Shown: positions 10,636-25,200 of the stretch, piece after piece
Layout: each line of letters begins with the position of its first letter
Position numbering within the stretch: position 1 is the first letter of the stretch
Assembly: GCA_964016885.1 (NCBI GenBank)
Contig: OZ024742.1
Coordinates: 166,222,001-166,286,000 of the forward strand
Direction: 5' to 3'
From: Eledone cirrhosa
Lineage: Eukaryota
Length of the DNA stretch: 64,000 nt
Translations under genes and position numbers: made by a program
The notes under the pieces: model-generated
What the model was told of the DNA's origin: nothing
What the model saw: only the letters and a program-made list of their open reading frames with translations
The model's database searches: none

Positions 10636-13600
10636 TCAGTGGGAGATAATTTGTAAAAAAAAATCAGGGGGAGATAATTTGTAAAAAAAAATCAGGGGGA
10701 GATAATTTCTAAAAAAATCAAGGGGAGATAATATGCAGCCGTCCAAGGGGAGATAATTTTCAGCCGTCCAAGGAGAGGTAATTTCTAGCCGTCCAAGGGG
10801 AGATAATTTCCAGCCGTCCAAGGGGAGATAATTTCCAGCCGTCCAAGGGGAGATAGTTTTTTTTTAAAAATCAGGCGGAGATAATTTGTAAAAAAAAAAT
10901 CAGGGGGAGATAATTTGTAAAAAAAAATCAGGGGGAGATAATTTGTAAAAAAAAATCAGGGGGAGATAATTTGTAAAAAAAATCAGGGGGAGATAATTAG
11001 TAAAAAAAATCAAGGGGATATAATTTCCAGCCGTCCAAGGGGAGGTAATATCTAGCCGTCCAAGGGGAGATAATTTCCAGCCGTCCAAGGGGAGATAATT
11101 TCCAGCCGTCCAAGGGTAGATAATATCCAGCCGTCCAAGTAGACATATTTTCCAGCCGTCCAAGGAGAGGTAATTTCTAGCCGTCCAAGGGGAGATAAAT
11201 TCCAGCCTCCAAGGGGAGATAATTTCCAGCCAGCCAAGGGGAGATAATTTGTAAAAAAATCAGGGGGAGATAATTTGTAAAAAAAATCAGGGGGAGATAA
11301 TTTGTAAAAAAAAATCAGGGGGAGATAATTTGTAAAAAAAAAATCAGGGGGAGATAATTTGTAAAAAAAATCAGGGGGAGATAATTTGTAAAAACAAATC
11401 AAGGGGAGATAATTTCCAGCCGTCCAAGGGGAGATAATTTTCAGCCGCCCAAGGGGAGATAATTTCCCGCCAGCCAAGGGAAGATAATATTTAAAAAATC
11501 AGGCGGAGATAATTTGTAAAAAAAATCAGGGGGAGATAATTTGTAAAAAAATCAGGGGGAGATAATTTGTAAAAAAAAAATCAGGGGGAGATAATTTGTA
11601 AAAAAAATCAGGGGGAGATGATTTGTAAAAAAAATCAGGGGTAGATAATTTGTAAAAAAAAATCAGGGGGAGATAATTTGTAAAAAAAAATCAGGGGGAG
11701 ATAATTTGTAAAAAAAATCAAGAGGAGATAATTTCCAGCCGTCCAAGGGGAGATAATTTTCAGCCGTCCAAGGGGAGATAATTTCCAGCCGTCCAAGGGG
11801 AGATAATTTCCATCCTTCCAAGGGGAGATAATTTCCAGCCGTCCAAGGGGAGATAATTTCCCGCCAACCAAGGGAAGATAATTTTTAAAAAAATCAGGCG
11901 GAGATTGTAAAAAAAATCAGGGGGAGATAATTTGTAAATAAATCAGGGGGAGATAATTTGTAAAAAAAAAATCAGGGGGAGATAATTTGTAAAAAAAATC
12001 AGGGGGAGATAATTTGTAAAAAAAAATCAAGGGGAGATAATTTGTACAAAAAATCAGGGGTATATAATTTGTAAAAAAAAATCAGGGGGAGATAATTTGT
12101 AAAAAAAAATCAGGGGGAGATAATTTGTAAAAAAAATCAAGGGGAGATAATTTGCAGCCGTCCAAGGGGAGATAATTTTCAGCCGTCCAAGGAGAGGTAA
12201 TTTCTAGCCGTCCAAGGTGAGATAATATCCAGCCGTCCAAGGGGAGATAATTTCCAGCCGTCCAAGGGGAGATAATTTTTAAAAAAAAACAGGCAAAGAT
12301 AATTTGTAAAAAAAAAATCAGGGGGAGATAATTTGTAAAAAAAAATCAGGGGGAGATAATTTGTAAAAAAAATCAGGGGGAGGTAATTTGTAAAAAAAAT
12401 CAAGGGGAGATAATTTCCAGCCGTCCAAGGGAAGATAATTTCCAGCCCTCCAAGGGGCTATAATTTCCAGCGTCCAAGGGGAGATAATTTCCAGCCAGCG
12501 AAGGGGAGATTTTTTTTTTAAATCAGGGGGACATAATTTGTAAAAAAAAATCAGGGGGAGATAATTTGTAAAAAAAATCAAGGGGAGATAATTTGTAAAA
12601 AAAAATCAGGGGGAGATAATTTGTAAAAAAAAATCAGGGGGAGATAATTTGTAAAAAAAATTAAGGGGAGATAATTTGTAAAAAAAAATCAAGGGGAGAT
12701 AATTTCCAGCCGTCCAAGGAGAGGTAATTTCTAGACGTCCAAGGGGAGATAATTTCCAGCCGTCCAAGGGGAGATAATTTCCAGCCGTCCAAGGGTAGAT
12801 AATATCCAGCCGTCCAAGGAGACATAGTTTCCAGCTTTCCAAGGAGAGGTAATTTCTAGCCGTCCAAGGGGAGATAAATTCCAGCCTCCAAGGGGAGATA
12901 ATTTCCAGCCAGCCAAGGGGAGATAATTTGTAAAAAAAATCAGGGGGAGATAATTTGTAAAAAAAATCAGGGGGAGATAATTTGTAAAAAAAATCAGGGG
13001 GAGATAATTTCCAGCCGTCCAAGGGGAGATAATTTTCAGCCGTCCAAGGGGAGATAATTTCCCGCCAGCCAAGGGAAGATAATATTTAAAAAATGAGGCG
13101 GAGATAATTTGTAAAAAAAATCAGGGGGAGATAATTTGTAAAAAAATCAGGGGGAGATAATTTGTAAAAAAAAAATCAGGGGGAGATAATTTGTAAAAAA
13201 AATCAGGGGGAGATAATTTGTAAAAAAAATCAGGGGTAGATAATTTTTAAAAAAAAATCAGGGGGAGATAATTTGTAAAAAAAATCAGGGGGAGATAATT
13301 TATAAAAAAAATCAAGGGGAGATAATTTCCAGCCGTCCAAGGGAAGATAATTTCAAGCCCTCCAAGGGGCTATAATTTCCAGTGTCCAAGGGGAGATAAT
13401 TTCCAGCCAGCGAAGGGGAGATAATTTTTTTTTAAAAATCAGGGGGAGATTTGTAAAAAAAATCAGGGGGAGATAATTTGTAAAAAAAATCAAAGGGAGA
13501 TAATTTCCAGCCGTCCAAAGAGATAATTTCTAGCCGTCCAAGGGGAGATAATTTCGAGCCAAGGGGAGATAATTTCCAGCCGTCCAAGGGGAGATAATTT

Positions 13601-14322
13601 TTTAAAAAATCAGGTGGAGATAATTTGTAAAAAAAATCAGGGGGAGATAATTTGTAAAAACAAAATCAAGGGCAGATCATTTCCAGCTGTCCAAGGGGAG
13701 ATAAATTCCAGCCGTGCAAGGGGAGATAATTTCCAGCCGTCCAAGGGGAGATAATTTCCATCCTTCCAAGGGGAGATAATTTCCAGCCGTCCAAGGGGAG
13801 ATAATTTCCCGCCAGCCAAGGGAAGATAATTTTTTAAAAAATCAGGCGGAGATTGTAAAAAAAATCAGGGGGAGATAATTTGTAAAAAAATCAGGGGGAG
13901 ATAATTTGTAAAAAAATCAACGGGAGATAATTTCCAGCTGTCCAAGGGGAGGTAATATCTAGCCGTCCAAGGGGAGATAATTTCCAGCCGTCCAAGGGGA
14001 GATAATTTCCAGCCGTCCAAGGGTAGATAATATCCAGCCGTCCAAGGAGACATATTTTCCAGCCGTCCAAGGAGAGGTAATTTCTAGCCGTCCAAGGGGA
14101 GATAATTTCCAGCCGTCCAAGGGGAGATAATTTAAAAAAAAATCAGGCGGAGATAATTTGTAAAAAAAATCAAGGGGAGATAATTTGCAACCGTCCAAGG
14201 GGACATAATTTTCAGTCGTCCAAGGAGAGGTAATTTCTAGCCGTACAAGGGGAGATAATTTCCAGCCGTCCAAGGGGAGATAATTTCCAGCCGTCCAAGG
14301 GGAGATAATTTTTTTTTAAAAA
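10636..14322 (+). repeat. HOR family II unit, shortened (~3.7 kb)
   Basis: Family II markers recur about 4.24-4.27 kb after the previous unit (7387->11635, 8364->12606, 9369->13637), with an internal deletion near 14.1 kb. Confidence 0.8.
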
Positions 14323-17300
14323 TCAGGCGGAGATAATTTGTAAAAAAAAAATCAGGGGGAGATAATTTGTAAAAAAAAATCAGGGGGAGATAATTTGTAA
14401 AAAAAAATCAGGGGGAGATAATTTGTAAAAAAAATCAAGGGGAGATAATTTCCAGCCGTCCAAGGGAAGATAATTTCCAGCCCTCCAAGGGGCTATAATT
14501 TCCAGCGTCCAAGGGGAGATAATTTCCAGCCAGCGAAGGGGAGATAATTGTTTTAAAAAAATCATTGGGAGATTTGTAAAAAAAATCAGGGGGAGATAAT
14601 TAATAAAAAAAATCAAGGGGAGATAATTTCCAGCCGTCCAAGGGGAGGTAATATCTAGCCGTCCAAGGGGAGATAATTTCCAGCCGTCCAAGGGGAGATA
14701 ATTTCCAGCCGTCCAAGGGTAGATAATATCCAGCCGTCAAAGGAGACATATTTTCCCGCCGTCCAAGGAGAGGTAATTTCTAGCCGTCCAAGGGGAGATA
14801 AATTCCAGCCTCCAAGGGGAGATAATTTCCAGCCAGCCAAGGGGAGATAATTTGTAAAAAAATCAGGGTGAGATAATTTGTAAAAAAAATCAGGGGTAGA
14901 TAATTTGTAAAAAAAAATCAGGGGGAGATAATTTGTAAAAAAAAATCAGGGGGAGATAATTTGTAAAAAAAATCAAGGGGAGATAATTTCCAGCCGTCCA
15001 AGGAGAGATAATTTAAAAAAAAAATCAGGCGGAGATAATTTGTAAAAAAAAATCAGGGGGAGATAATTTGGAAAAAAAAATCAGGGGGAGATAATTTGTA
15101 AAAAAAATCAAGGGGAGATAATTTCCAGCCGTCCAAGGGGAGATAATTTCCAGCCGTCCAAGGGGAGATAATTTTTTAAAAAAAATCAGGCGGAGATAAT
15201 TTGTAAAAAAAATCAGGGGGAGATAATTTGTAAAAAAAAATCAGGGGGAGATAATTTGTAAAAAAAAATCAGGGGGAGATAATTTCCAGCCGTCCAAGGT
15301 AAGATAATTTCCAGCCCTCCAAGGGGCTATAATTTCCAGCCGTCCAAGGGTAGATAATATCCAGCCGTCCAAGTAGACATATTTTCCAGCCGTTCAAGGA
15401 GAGGTAATTTCTAGCCGTCCAAGGGGAGATAAATTCCAGCCTCCAAGGGGAGATAATTTCCAGCCAGCCAAGGGGAGATAATTTGTAAAAAAATCAGGGG
15501 GAGATAATTTGTAAAAAAAATCAGGGGGAGATAATTTGTAAAAAAAAATCAGGGGGAGATAATTTGTAAAAAAAAATCAGGGGGAGATAATTTGTAAAAA
15601 AAAATCAGGGGGAGATAATTTGTAAAAAAAATCAAGGGGAGATAATTTCCAGCCGTCCAAGGGGAGATAATTTTCAGCCGTCCAAGGGGAGATAATTTCC
15701 AGCCGTCCAAGGGGAGATAATTTCCATCCTTCCAAGGGGAGATAATTTCCAGCCGTCCAAGGGGAGATAATTTTCAGCCGTCCAAGGGGAGATAATTTCC
15801 CGCCAGCCAAGGGAAGATAATATTTTAAAAAATCAGGCGGAGATAATTTGTAAAAAAAATCAGGGGGAGATAATTTGTAAAAAAATCAGGGGGAGATAAT
15901 TTGTAAAAAAAAAATCAGGGGGAGATAATTTGTAAAAAAAATCAGGGGGAGATAATTTGTAAAAAAAAATCAGGGGTAGATAATTTGTAAAAAAAAATCA
16001 GGGGGAGATAATTTGTAAAAAAAAATCAGGGGGAGATAATTTGTAAAAAAAATCAGGGGGAGATAATTTGTAAAAAAAAATCAGGGGGAGATAATTTCCG
16101 GCCGTCCAAGGGGAGATAATTTTCAGCCGTCCAAGGGGAGATAATTTCCCGCCAGCCAAGGGAAGATAATATTTAAAAAAATCAGGCGGAGATAATTTGT
16201 AAAAAAAATCAGGGGGAGATAATTTGTAAAAAAATCAGGGGGAGATAATTTGTAAAAAAAATCAAGGGGAGATAATTTCCAGCCGTCCAAGGGGAGGTAA
16301 TATCTAGCCGTCCAAGGGGAGATAATTTCCAGCCGTCCAAGTGGAGATAATTTCCAGCCGTCCAAGGGTAGATAATATCCAGCCGTCCAAGGAGACATAT
16401 TTTCCAGCCGTCCAAGGAGAGGTAATTTCTAGCCGTCCAAGGGGAGATAAATTCCAGCCTCCAAGGGGAGATAATTTCCAGCCAGCCAAGGGGAGATAAT
16501 TTGTAAAAAAAATCAGGGGGAGATAATTTGTAAAAAAAATCAGGGGGAGATAATTTGTAAAAAAATCAGGGGGAGATAATTTGTAAAAAAAAAATCAGGG
16601 GGAGATAATTTGTAAAAAAAATCAGGGGGAGATGATTTGTAAAAAAAAATCAGGGGTAGATAATTTGTAAAAAAAAATCAGGGGGTGATAATTTGTAAAA
16701 AAAAATCAGGGGGAGATAATTTGTAAAAAAAATCAAGGGGAGATAATTTCCAGCCGTCGAAGGGAAGATAATTTCCAGCCCTCCAAGGGGCTATAATTTC
16801 CAGCGTCCAAGGGGAGATAATTTCCAGCCGTCCAAGGGGAGATAATTTCCAGCCGTCCAAGGGTAGATAATATCCAGCCGTCCAAGTAGACATTTTCCAG
16901 CCGTCCAAGGAGAGGTAATTTCTAGCCGTCCAAGGGGAGATAAATTCCAGCCTCCAAGGGGAGATAATTTCCAGCCAGCCAAGGGGAGATAATTTGTAAA
17001 AAAATCAGGGGGAGATAATTTGTAAAAAAAATCAGGGGGAGATAATTTGTAAAAAAAAATCAGGGGGAGATAATTTGTAAAAACAATCAGGGGGAGATAA
17101 TTTGTAAAAAAAATCAGGGGGAGATAATTTGTAAAAAAAATCAAGGGGAGATAATTTCCAGCCGTCCAAGGGGAGATAATTTTCAGCCGTCCAAGGGGAG
17201 ATAATTTCCAGCCGTCCAAGGGGAGATAATTTCCATCCTTCCAAGGGGAGATAATTTCCAGCCGTCCAAGGGGAGATAATTTTCAGCCGTCCAAGGGGAG

Positions 17301-18308
17301 ATAATTTCCCGCCAGCCAAGGGAAGATAATATTTTAAAAAATCAGGCGGAGATAATTTGTAAAAAAAATCAGGGGGAGATAATTTGTAAAAAAATCAGGG
17401 GGAGATAATTTGTAAAAAAAAAATCAGGGGGAGATAATTTGTAAAAAAAATCAGGGGGAGATAATTTGTAAAAAAAAATCAGGGGTAGATAATTTGTAAA
17501 AAAAAATCAGGGGGAGATAATTTGTAAAAAAAAAATCAGGGGGAGATAATTTGTAAAAAAAATCAAGGGGAGATAATTTCCAGCCGTCCAAGGAGAGATA
17601 ATTTTTAAAAAAAATCAGGCGGAGATAATTTGTAAAAAAAAATCAAGGGGAGATAATTTGTAAAAAAAAATCAAGGGGAGATAATTTGTAAAAAAAATCA
17701 AGGGGAGATAATTTCCAGCCGTCCAAGGGAAGATAATTTCCAGCACTCCAAGGGGCTATAATTTCCAGTGTCCAAGGGGAGATAATTTCCAGCCAGCGAA
17801 GGGGAGATAATTTTTTTAAAAAAATCAGGGGGAGATATGTAAAAAAAATCAGAGGGAGATAATTTCTAAAAAAAATCAAAGGGAGATAATTTCCAGCCGT
17901 CCAAAGAGAGATAATTTCTAGCCGTCCAAGGGGAGATAATTTCCAGCCAAGGGGAGATAATTTCCAGCCGTCCAAGGGGAGATAATTATTTAAAAAATCA
18001 GGTGGAGATAATTTGTAAAAAAAATCAGGGGGAGATAATTTGTAAAAACAAAATCAAGGGCAGATAATTTCCAGCTGTCCAAGGGGAGATAATTTCCAGC
18101 CGTGCAAGGGGAGATAATTTCCAGCCGTCCAAGGGGAGATAATTTCCATCCTTCCAAGGGGAGATAATGTCCAGCCGTCCAAGGGGAGATAATTTCCCGC
18201 CAGCCAAGGGAAGATAATTTTTAAAAAAATCAGGCGGAGATTGTAAAAAAAATCAGGGGGAGATAATTTGTAAAAAAAAAATCAGGGGGAGATAATTTGT
18301 AAAAAAAA
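14323..18308 (+). repeat. HOR variant Ib unit (~3.99 kb; distinct TCATTGGG/AATTAATAAA head, family I body)
   Basis: Head markers GATAATTGTTTT, ATCATTGGGAG and AATTAATAAA at ~14545-14610. Body markers CCGTTCAAG, CCAAGTGG and AAAACAATC. The same unit occurs at +20947/8 and +27079. Confidence 0.8.
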
Positions 18309-21300
18309 TCAGGGGTAGATAATTTGTAAAAAAAAATCAGGGGGAGATAATTTGTAAAAAAAAATCAGGGGGAGATAATTTCTAAAAAAATCAAGGGGAG
18401 ATAATATGCAGCCGTCCAAGGGGAGATAATTTTCAGCCGTCCAAGGAGAGGTAATTTCTAGCCGTCCAAGGGGAGATAATTTCCAGCCGTCCAAGGGGAG
18501 ATAATTTCCAGCCGTCCAAGGGGAGATAGTTTTTTTAAAAAAATCAGGCGGAGATAATTTGTAAAAAAAAAATCAGGGGGAGATAATTTGTAAAAAAAAA
18601 TCAGGGGGAGATAATTTGTAAAAAAAAATCAGGGGGAGATAATTTGTAAAAAAAATCAGGGGGAGATAATTAGTAAAAAAAAATCAAGGGGAGATAATTT
18701 CCAGCCGTCCAAGGGGAGGTAATATCTAGCCGTCCAAGGGGAGATAATTTCCAGCCGTCCAAGGGGAGATAATTTCCAGCCGTCCAAGGGTAGATAATAT
18801 CCAGCCGTCCAAGTAGACATATTTTCCAGCCGTCCAAGGAGAGGTAATTTCTAGCCGTCCAAGGGGAGATAAATTCCAGCCTCCAAGGGGAGATAATTTC
18901 CAGCCAGCCAAGGGGAGATAATTTGTAAAAAAATCAGGGGGAGATAATTTGTAAAAAAAATCAGGGGGAGATAATTTGTAAAAAAAAATCAGGGGGAGAT
19001 AATTTGTAAAAAAAATCAAGGGGAGATAATTTGTAAAAAAAAATCAGGGGGAGATAATTTGTAAAAAAAAATCAGGGGGAGATAATTTGTAAAAAAAAAT
19101 CAGGGGGAGATAATTTGTAAAAAAAATCAAGGGGAGATAATTTCCAGCCGTCCAAGGAGAGATAATTTAAAAAAAAAATCAGGCGGAGATAATTTGTAAA
19201 AAAAATCAGGGGGAGATAATTTGTAAAAAAAAATCAGGGGGAGATAATTTGTAAAAAAAAATCAGGGGGAGATAATTTCCAGCCGTCCAAGGTAAGATAA
19301 TTTCCAGCCCTCCAAGGGGCTATAATTTCCAGCCGTCCAAGGGTAGATAATATCCAGCCGTCCAAGTAGACATATTTTCCAGCCGTTCAAGGAGAGGTAA
19401 TTTCTAGCCGTCCAAGGGGAGATAAATTCCAGCCTCCAAGGGGAGATAATTTCCAGCCAGCCAAGGGGAGATAATTTGTAAAAAAATCAGGGGGAGATAA
19501 TTTGTAAAAAAAATCAGGGGGAGATAATTTGTAAAAAAAAATCAGGGGGAGATAATTTGTAAAAAAAAATCAGGGGGAGATAATTTGTAAAAAAAAATCA
19601 GGGGGAGATAATTTGTAAAAAAAATCAAGGGGAGATAATTTCCAGCCGTCCAAGGGGAGATAATTTTCAGCCGTCCAAGGGGAGATAATTTCCAGCCGTC
19701 CAAGGGGAGATAATTTCCATCCTTCCAAGGGGAGATAATTTCCAGCCGTCCAAGGGGAGATAATTTTCAGCCGTCCAAGGGGAGATAATTTCCCGCCAGC
19801 CAAGGGAAGATAATATTTTAAAAAATCAGGCGGAGATAATTTGTAAAAAAAATCAGGGGGAGATAATTTGTAAAAAAATCAGGGGGAGATAATTTGTAAA
19901 AAAAAAATCAGGGGGAGATAATTTGTAAAAAAAATCAGGGGGAGATAATTTGTAAAAAAAAATCAGGGGTAGATAATTTGTAAAAAAAAATCAGGGGGAG
20001 ATAATTTGTAAAAAAAAATCAGGGGGAGATAATTTGTAAAAAAAATCAGGGGGAGATAATTTGTAAAAAAAAATCAGGGGGAGATAATTTCCGGCCGTCC
20101 AAGGGGAGATAATTTTCAGCCGTCCAAGGGGAGATAATTTCCCGCCAGCCAAGGGAAGATAATATTTAAAAAAATCAGGCGGAGATAATTTGTAAAAAAA
20201 ATCAGGGGGAGATAATTTGTAAAAAAATCAGGGGGAGATAATTTGTAAAAAAAATCAAGGGGAGATAATTTCCAGCCGTCCAAGGGGAGGTAATATCTAG
20301 CCGTCCAAGGGGAGATAATTTCCAGCCGTCCAAGTGGAGATAATTTCCAGCCGTCCAAGGGTAGATAATATCCAGCCGTCCAAGGAGACATATTTTCCAG
20401 CCGTCCAAGGAGAGGTAATTTCTAGCCGTCCAAGGGGAGATAAATTCCAGCCTCCAAGGGGAGATAATTTCCAGCCAGCCAAGGGGAGATAATTTGTAAA
20501 AAAAATCAGGGGGAGATAATTTGTAAAAAAAATCAGGGGGAGATAATTTGTAAAAAAATCAGGGGGAGATAATTTGTAAAAAAAAAATCAGGGGGAGATA
20601 ATTTGTAAAAAAAATCAGGGGGAGATGATTTGTAAAAAAAAATCAGGGGTAGATAATTTGTAAAAAAAAATCAGGGGGTGATAATTTGTAAAAAAAAATC
20701 AGGGGGAGATAATTTGTAAAAAAAATCAAGGGGAGATAATTTCCAGCCGTCGAAGGGAAGATAATTTCCAGCCCTCCAAGGGGCTATAATTTCCAGCGTC
20801 CAAGGGGAGATAATTTCCAGCCGTCCAAGGGGAGATAATTTCCAGCCGTCCAAGGGTAGATAATATCCAGCCGTCCAAGTAGACATTTTCCAGCCGTCCA
20901 AGGAGAGGTAATTTCTAGCCGTCCAAGGGGAGATAAATTCCAGCCTCCAAGGGGAGATAATTTCCAGCCAGCCAAGGGGAGATAATTTGTAAAAAAATCA
21001 GGGGGAGATAATTTGTAAAAAAAATCAGGGGGAGATAATTTGTAAAAAAAAATCAGGGGGAGATAATTTGTAAAAACAATCAGGGGGAGATAATTTGTAA
21101 AAAAAATCAGGGGGAGATAATTTGTAAAAAAAATCAAGGGGAGATAATTTCCAGCCGTCCAAGGGGAGATAATTTTCAGCCGTCCAAGGGGAGATAATTT
21201 CCAGCCGTCCAAGGGGAGATAATTTCCATCCTTCCAAGGGGAGATAATTTCCAGCCGTCCAAGGGGAGATAATTTCCTGCCAGCCAAGGGAAGATAATAT

Positions 21301-22276
21301 TTTAAAAAATCAGGCGGAGATAATTTGTAAAAAAAATCAGGGGGAGATAATTTGTAAAAAAATCAGGGGGAGATAATTTGTAAAAAAAAAATCAGGGGGA
21401 GATAATTTGTAAAAAAAATCAGGGGGAGTTAATTTGTAAAAAAAAATCAGGGGTAGATAATTTGTAAAAAAAAATCAGGGGGAGATAATTTGTAAAAAAA
21501 AAATCAGGGGGAGATAATTTGTAAAAAAAATCAAGGGGAGATAATTTCCAGCCGTCCAAGGAGAGATAATTTTTAAAAAAAATCAGGCGGAGATAATTTG
21601 TAAAAAAAAATCAAGGGGAGATAATTTGTAAAAAAAAATCAAGGGGAGATAATTTGTAAAAAAAATCAAGGGGAGATAATTTCCAGCCGTCCAAGGGAAG
21701 ATAATTTCCAGCACTCCAAGGGGCTATAATTTCCAGTGTCCAAGGGGAGATAATTTCCAGCCAGCGAAGGGGAGATAATTTTTTTAAAAAAATCAGGGGG
21801 AGATATGTAAAAAAAATCAGAGGGAGATAATTTCTAAAAAAAATCAAAGGGAGATAATTTCCAGCCGTCCAAAGAGAGATAATTTCTAGCCGTCCAAGGG
21901 GAGATAATTTCCAGCCAAGGGGAGATAATTTCCAGCCGTCCAAGGGGAGATAATTATTTAAAAAATCAGGTGGAGATAATTTGTAAAAAAAATCAGGGGG
22001 AGATAATTTGTAAAAACAAAATCAAGGGCAGATAATTTCCAGCTGTCCAAGGGGAGATAATTTCCAGCCGTGCAAGGGGAGATAATTTCCAGCCGTCCAA
22101 GGGGAGATAATTTCCATCCTTCCAAGGGGAGATAATGTCCAGCCGTCCAAGGGGAGATAATTTCCCGCCAGCCAAGGGAAGATAATTTTTAAAAAAATCA
22201 GGCGGAGATTGTAAAAAAAATCAGGGGGAGATAATTTGTAAAAAAAAAATCAGGGGGAGATAATTTGTAAAAAAAA
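18309..22276 (+). repeat. HOR family I unit, short form (3968 bp)
   Basis: Marker spacings 18309->22277 and 17643->21611 both equal 3968. Private variant GGAGTTAAT at ~21427. Confidence 0.85.
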
Positions 22277-25200
22277 TCAGGGGTAGATAATTTGTAAAAA
22301 AAAATCAGGGGGAGATAATTTGTAAAAAAAAATCAGGGGGAGATAATTTCTAAAAAAATCAAGGGGAGATAATATGCAGCCGTCCAAGGGGAGATAATTT
22401 TCAGCCGTCCAAGGAGAGGTAATTTCTAGCCGTCCAAGGGGAGATAATTTCCAGCCGTCCAAGGGGAGATAATTTCCAGCCGTCCAAGGGGAGATAGTTT
22501 TTTTAAAAAAATCAGGCGGAGATAATTTGTAAAAAAAAAATCAGGGGGAGATAATTTGTAAAAAAAAATCAGGGGGAGATAATTTGTAAAAAAAAATCAG
22601 GGGGAGATAATTTGTAAAAAAAATCAGGGGGAGATAATTAGTAAAAAAAATCAAGGGGAGATAATTTCCAGCCGTCCAAGGGGAGGTAATATCTAGCCGT
22701 CCAAGGGGAGATAATTTCCAGCCGTCCAAGGGGAGATAATTTCCAGCCGTCCAAGGGTAGATAATATCCAGCCGTCCAAGTAGACATATTTTCCAGCCGT
22801 CCAAGGAGAGGTAATTTCTAGCCGTCCAAGGGGAGATAAATTCCAGCCTCCAAGGGGAGATAATTTCCAGCCAGCCAAGGGGAGATAATTTGTAAAAAAA
22901 TCAGGGGGAGATAATTTGTAAAAAAAATCAGGGGGAGATAATTTGTAAAAAAAAATCAGGGGGAGATAATTTGTAAAAAAAAATCAGGGGGAGATAATTT
23001 GTAAAAAAAATCAAGGGGAGATAATTTGTAAAAAAAAATCAGGGGGAGATAATTTGTAAAAAAAAATCAGGGGGAGATAATTTGTAAAAAAAAATCAGGG
23101 GGAGATAATTTGTAAAAAAAATCAAGGGGAGATAATTTCCAGCCGTCCAAGGAGAGATAATTTAAAAAAAAAATCAGGCGGAGATAATTTGTAAAAAAAA
23201 ATCAGGGGGAGATAATTTGTAAAAAAAAATCAGGGGGAGATAATTTGTAAAAAAAATCAAGGGGAGATAATTTCCAGCCGTCCAAGGGGAGATAATTTCC
23301 AGCCGTCCAAGGGGAGATAATTTTTTTAAAAAAATCAGGCGGAGATAATTTGTAAAAAAAATCAGGGGGAGATAATTTGTAAAAAAAAATCAGGGGGAGA
23401 TAATTTGTAAAAAAAAATCAGGGGGAGATAATTTCCAGCCGTCCAAGGTAAGATAATTTCCAGCCCTCCAAGGGGCTATAATTTCCAGCCGTCCAAGGGT
23501 AGATAATATCCAGCCGTCCAAGTAGACATATTTTCCAGCCGTCCAAGGAGAGGTAATTTCTAGCCGTCCAAGGGGAGATAAATTCCAGCCTCCAAGGGGA
23601 GATAATTTCCAGCCAGCCAAGGGGAGATAATTTGTAAAAAAATCAGGGGGAGATAATTTGTAAAAAAAAATCAGGGGGAGATAATTTGTAAAAAAAAATC
23701 AGGGGGAGATAATTTGTAAAAAAAAATCAGGGGGAGATAATTTGTAAAAAAAAATCAGGGGGAGATAATTTGTAAAAAAAATCAAGGGGAGATAATTTCC
23801 AGCCGTCCAAGGGGAGATAATTTTCAGCCGTCCAAGGGGAGATAATTTCCAGCCGTCCAAGGGGAGATAATTTCCATCCTTCCAAGGGGAGATAATTTCC
23901 AGCCGTCCAAGGGGAGATAATTTTCAGCCGTCCAAGGGGAGATAATTTCCCGCCAGCCAAGGGAAGATAATATTTTAAAAAATCAGGCGGAGATAATTTG
24001 TAAAAAAAATCAGGGGGAGATAATTTGTAAAAAAATCAGGGGGAGATAATTTGTAAAAAAAAAATCAGGGGGAGATAATTTGTAAAAAAAATCAGGGGGA
24101 GATAATTTGTAAAAAAAAATCAGGGGTAGATAATTTGTAAAAAAAAATCAGGGGGAGATAATTTGTAAAAAAAATCAGGGGGAGATAATTTGTAAAAAAA
24201 ATCAGGGGGAGATAATTTGTAAAAAAAAATCAGGGGGAGATAATTTGTAAAAAAAAATCAGGGGTAGATAATTTGTAAAAAAAAATCAGGGGGAGATAAT
24301 TTGTAAAAAAAAATCAGGGGGAGATAATTTGTAAAAAAAATCAGGGGGAGATAATTTGTAAAAAAAAATCAGGGGGAGATAATTTCCGGCCGTCCAAGGG
24401 GAGATAATTTTCAGCCGTCCAAGGGGAGATAATTTCCCGCCAGCCAAGGGAAGATAATATTTAAAAAAATCAGGCGGAGATAATTTGTAAAAAAAATCAG
24501 GGGGAGATAATTTGTAAAAAAATCAGGGGGAGATAATTTGTAAAAAAAATCAAGGGGAGATAATTTCCAGCCGTCCAAGGGAAGGTAATATCTAGCCGTC
24601 CAAGGGGAGATAATTTCCAGCCGTCCAAGAGGAGATAATTTCCAGCCGTCCAAGGGTAGATAATATCCAGCCGTCCAAGGAGACATATTTTCCAGCCGTC
24701 CAAGGAGAGGTAATTTCTAGCCGTCCAAGGGGAGATAAATTCCAGCCTCCAAGGGGAGATAATTTCCAGCCAGCCAAGGGGAGATAATTTGTAAAAAAAA
24801 TCAGGGCGAGATAATTTGTAAAAAAAATCAGGGGGAGATAATTTGTAAAAAAATCAGGGGGAGATAATTTGTAAAAAAAAAATCAGGGGGAGATAATTTG
24901 TAAAAAAAATCAGGGGGAGATGATTTGTAAAAAAAAATCAGGGGTAGATAATTTGTAAAAAAAAATCAGGGGGTGATAATTTGTAAAAAAAAATCAGGGG
25001 GAGATAATTTGTAAAAAAAATCAAGGGGAGATAATTTCCAGCCGTCGAAGGGAAGATAATTTCCAGCCCTCCAAGGGGCTATAATTTCCAGCGTCCAAGG
25101 GGAGATAATTTCCAGCCGTCCAAGGGTAGATAATATCCAGCCGTCCAAGTAGACATTTTCCAGCCGTCCAAGTAGAGGTAATTTCTAGCCGTCCAAGGGG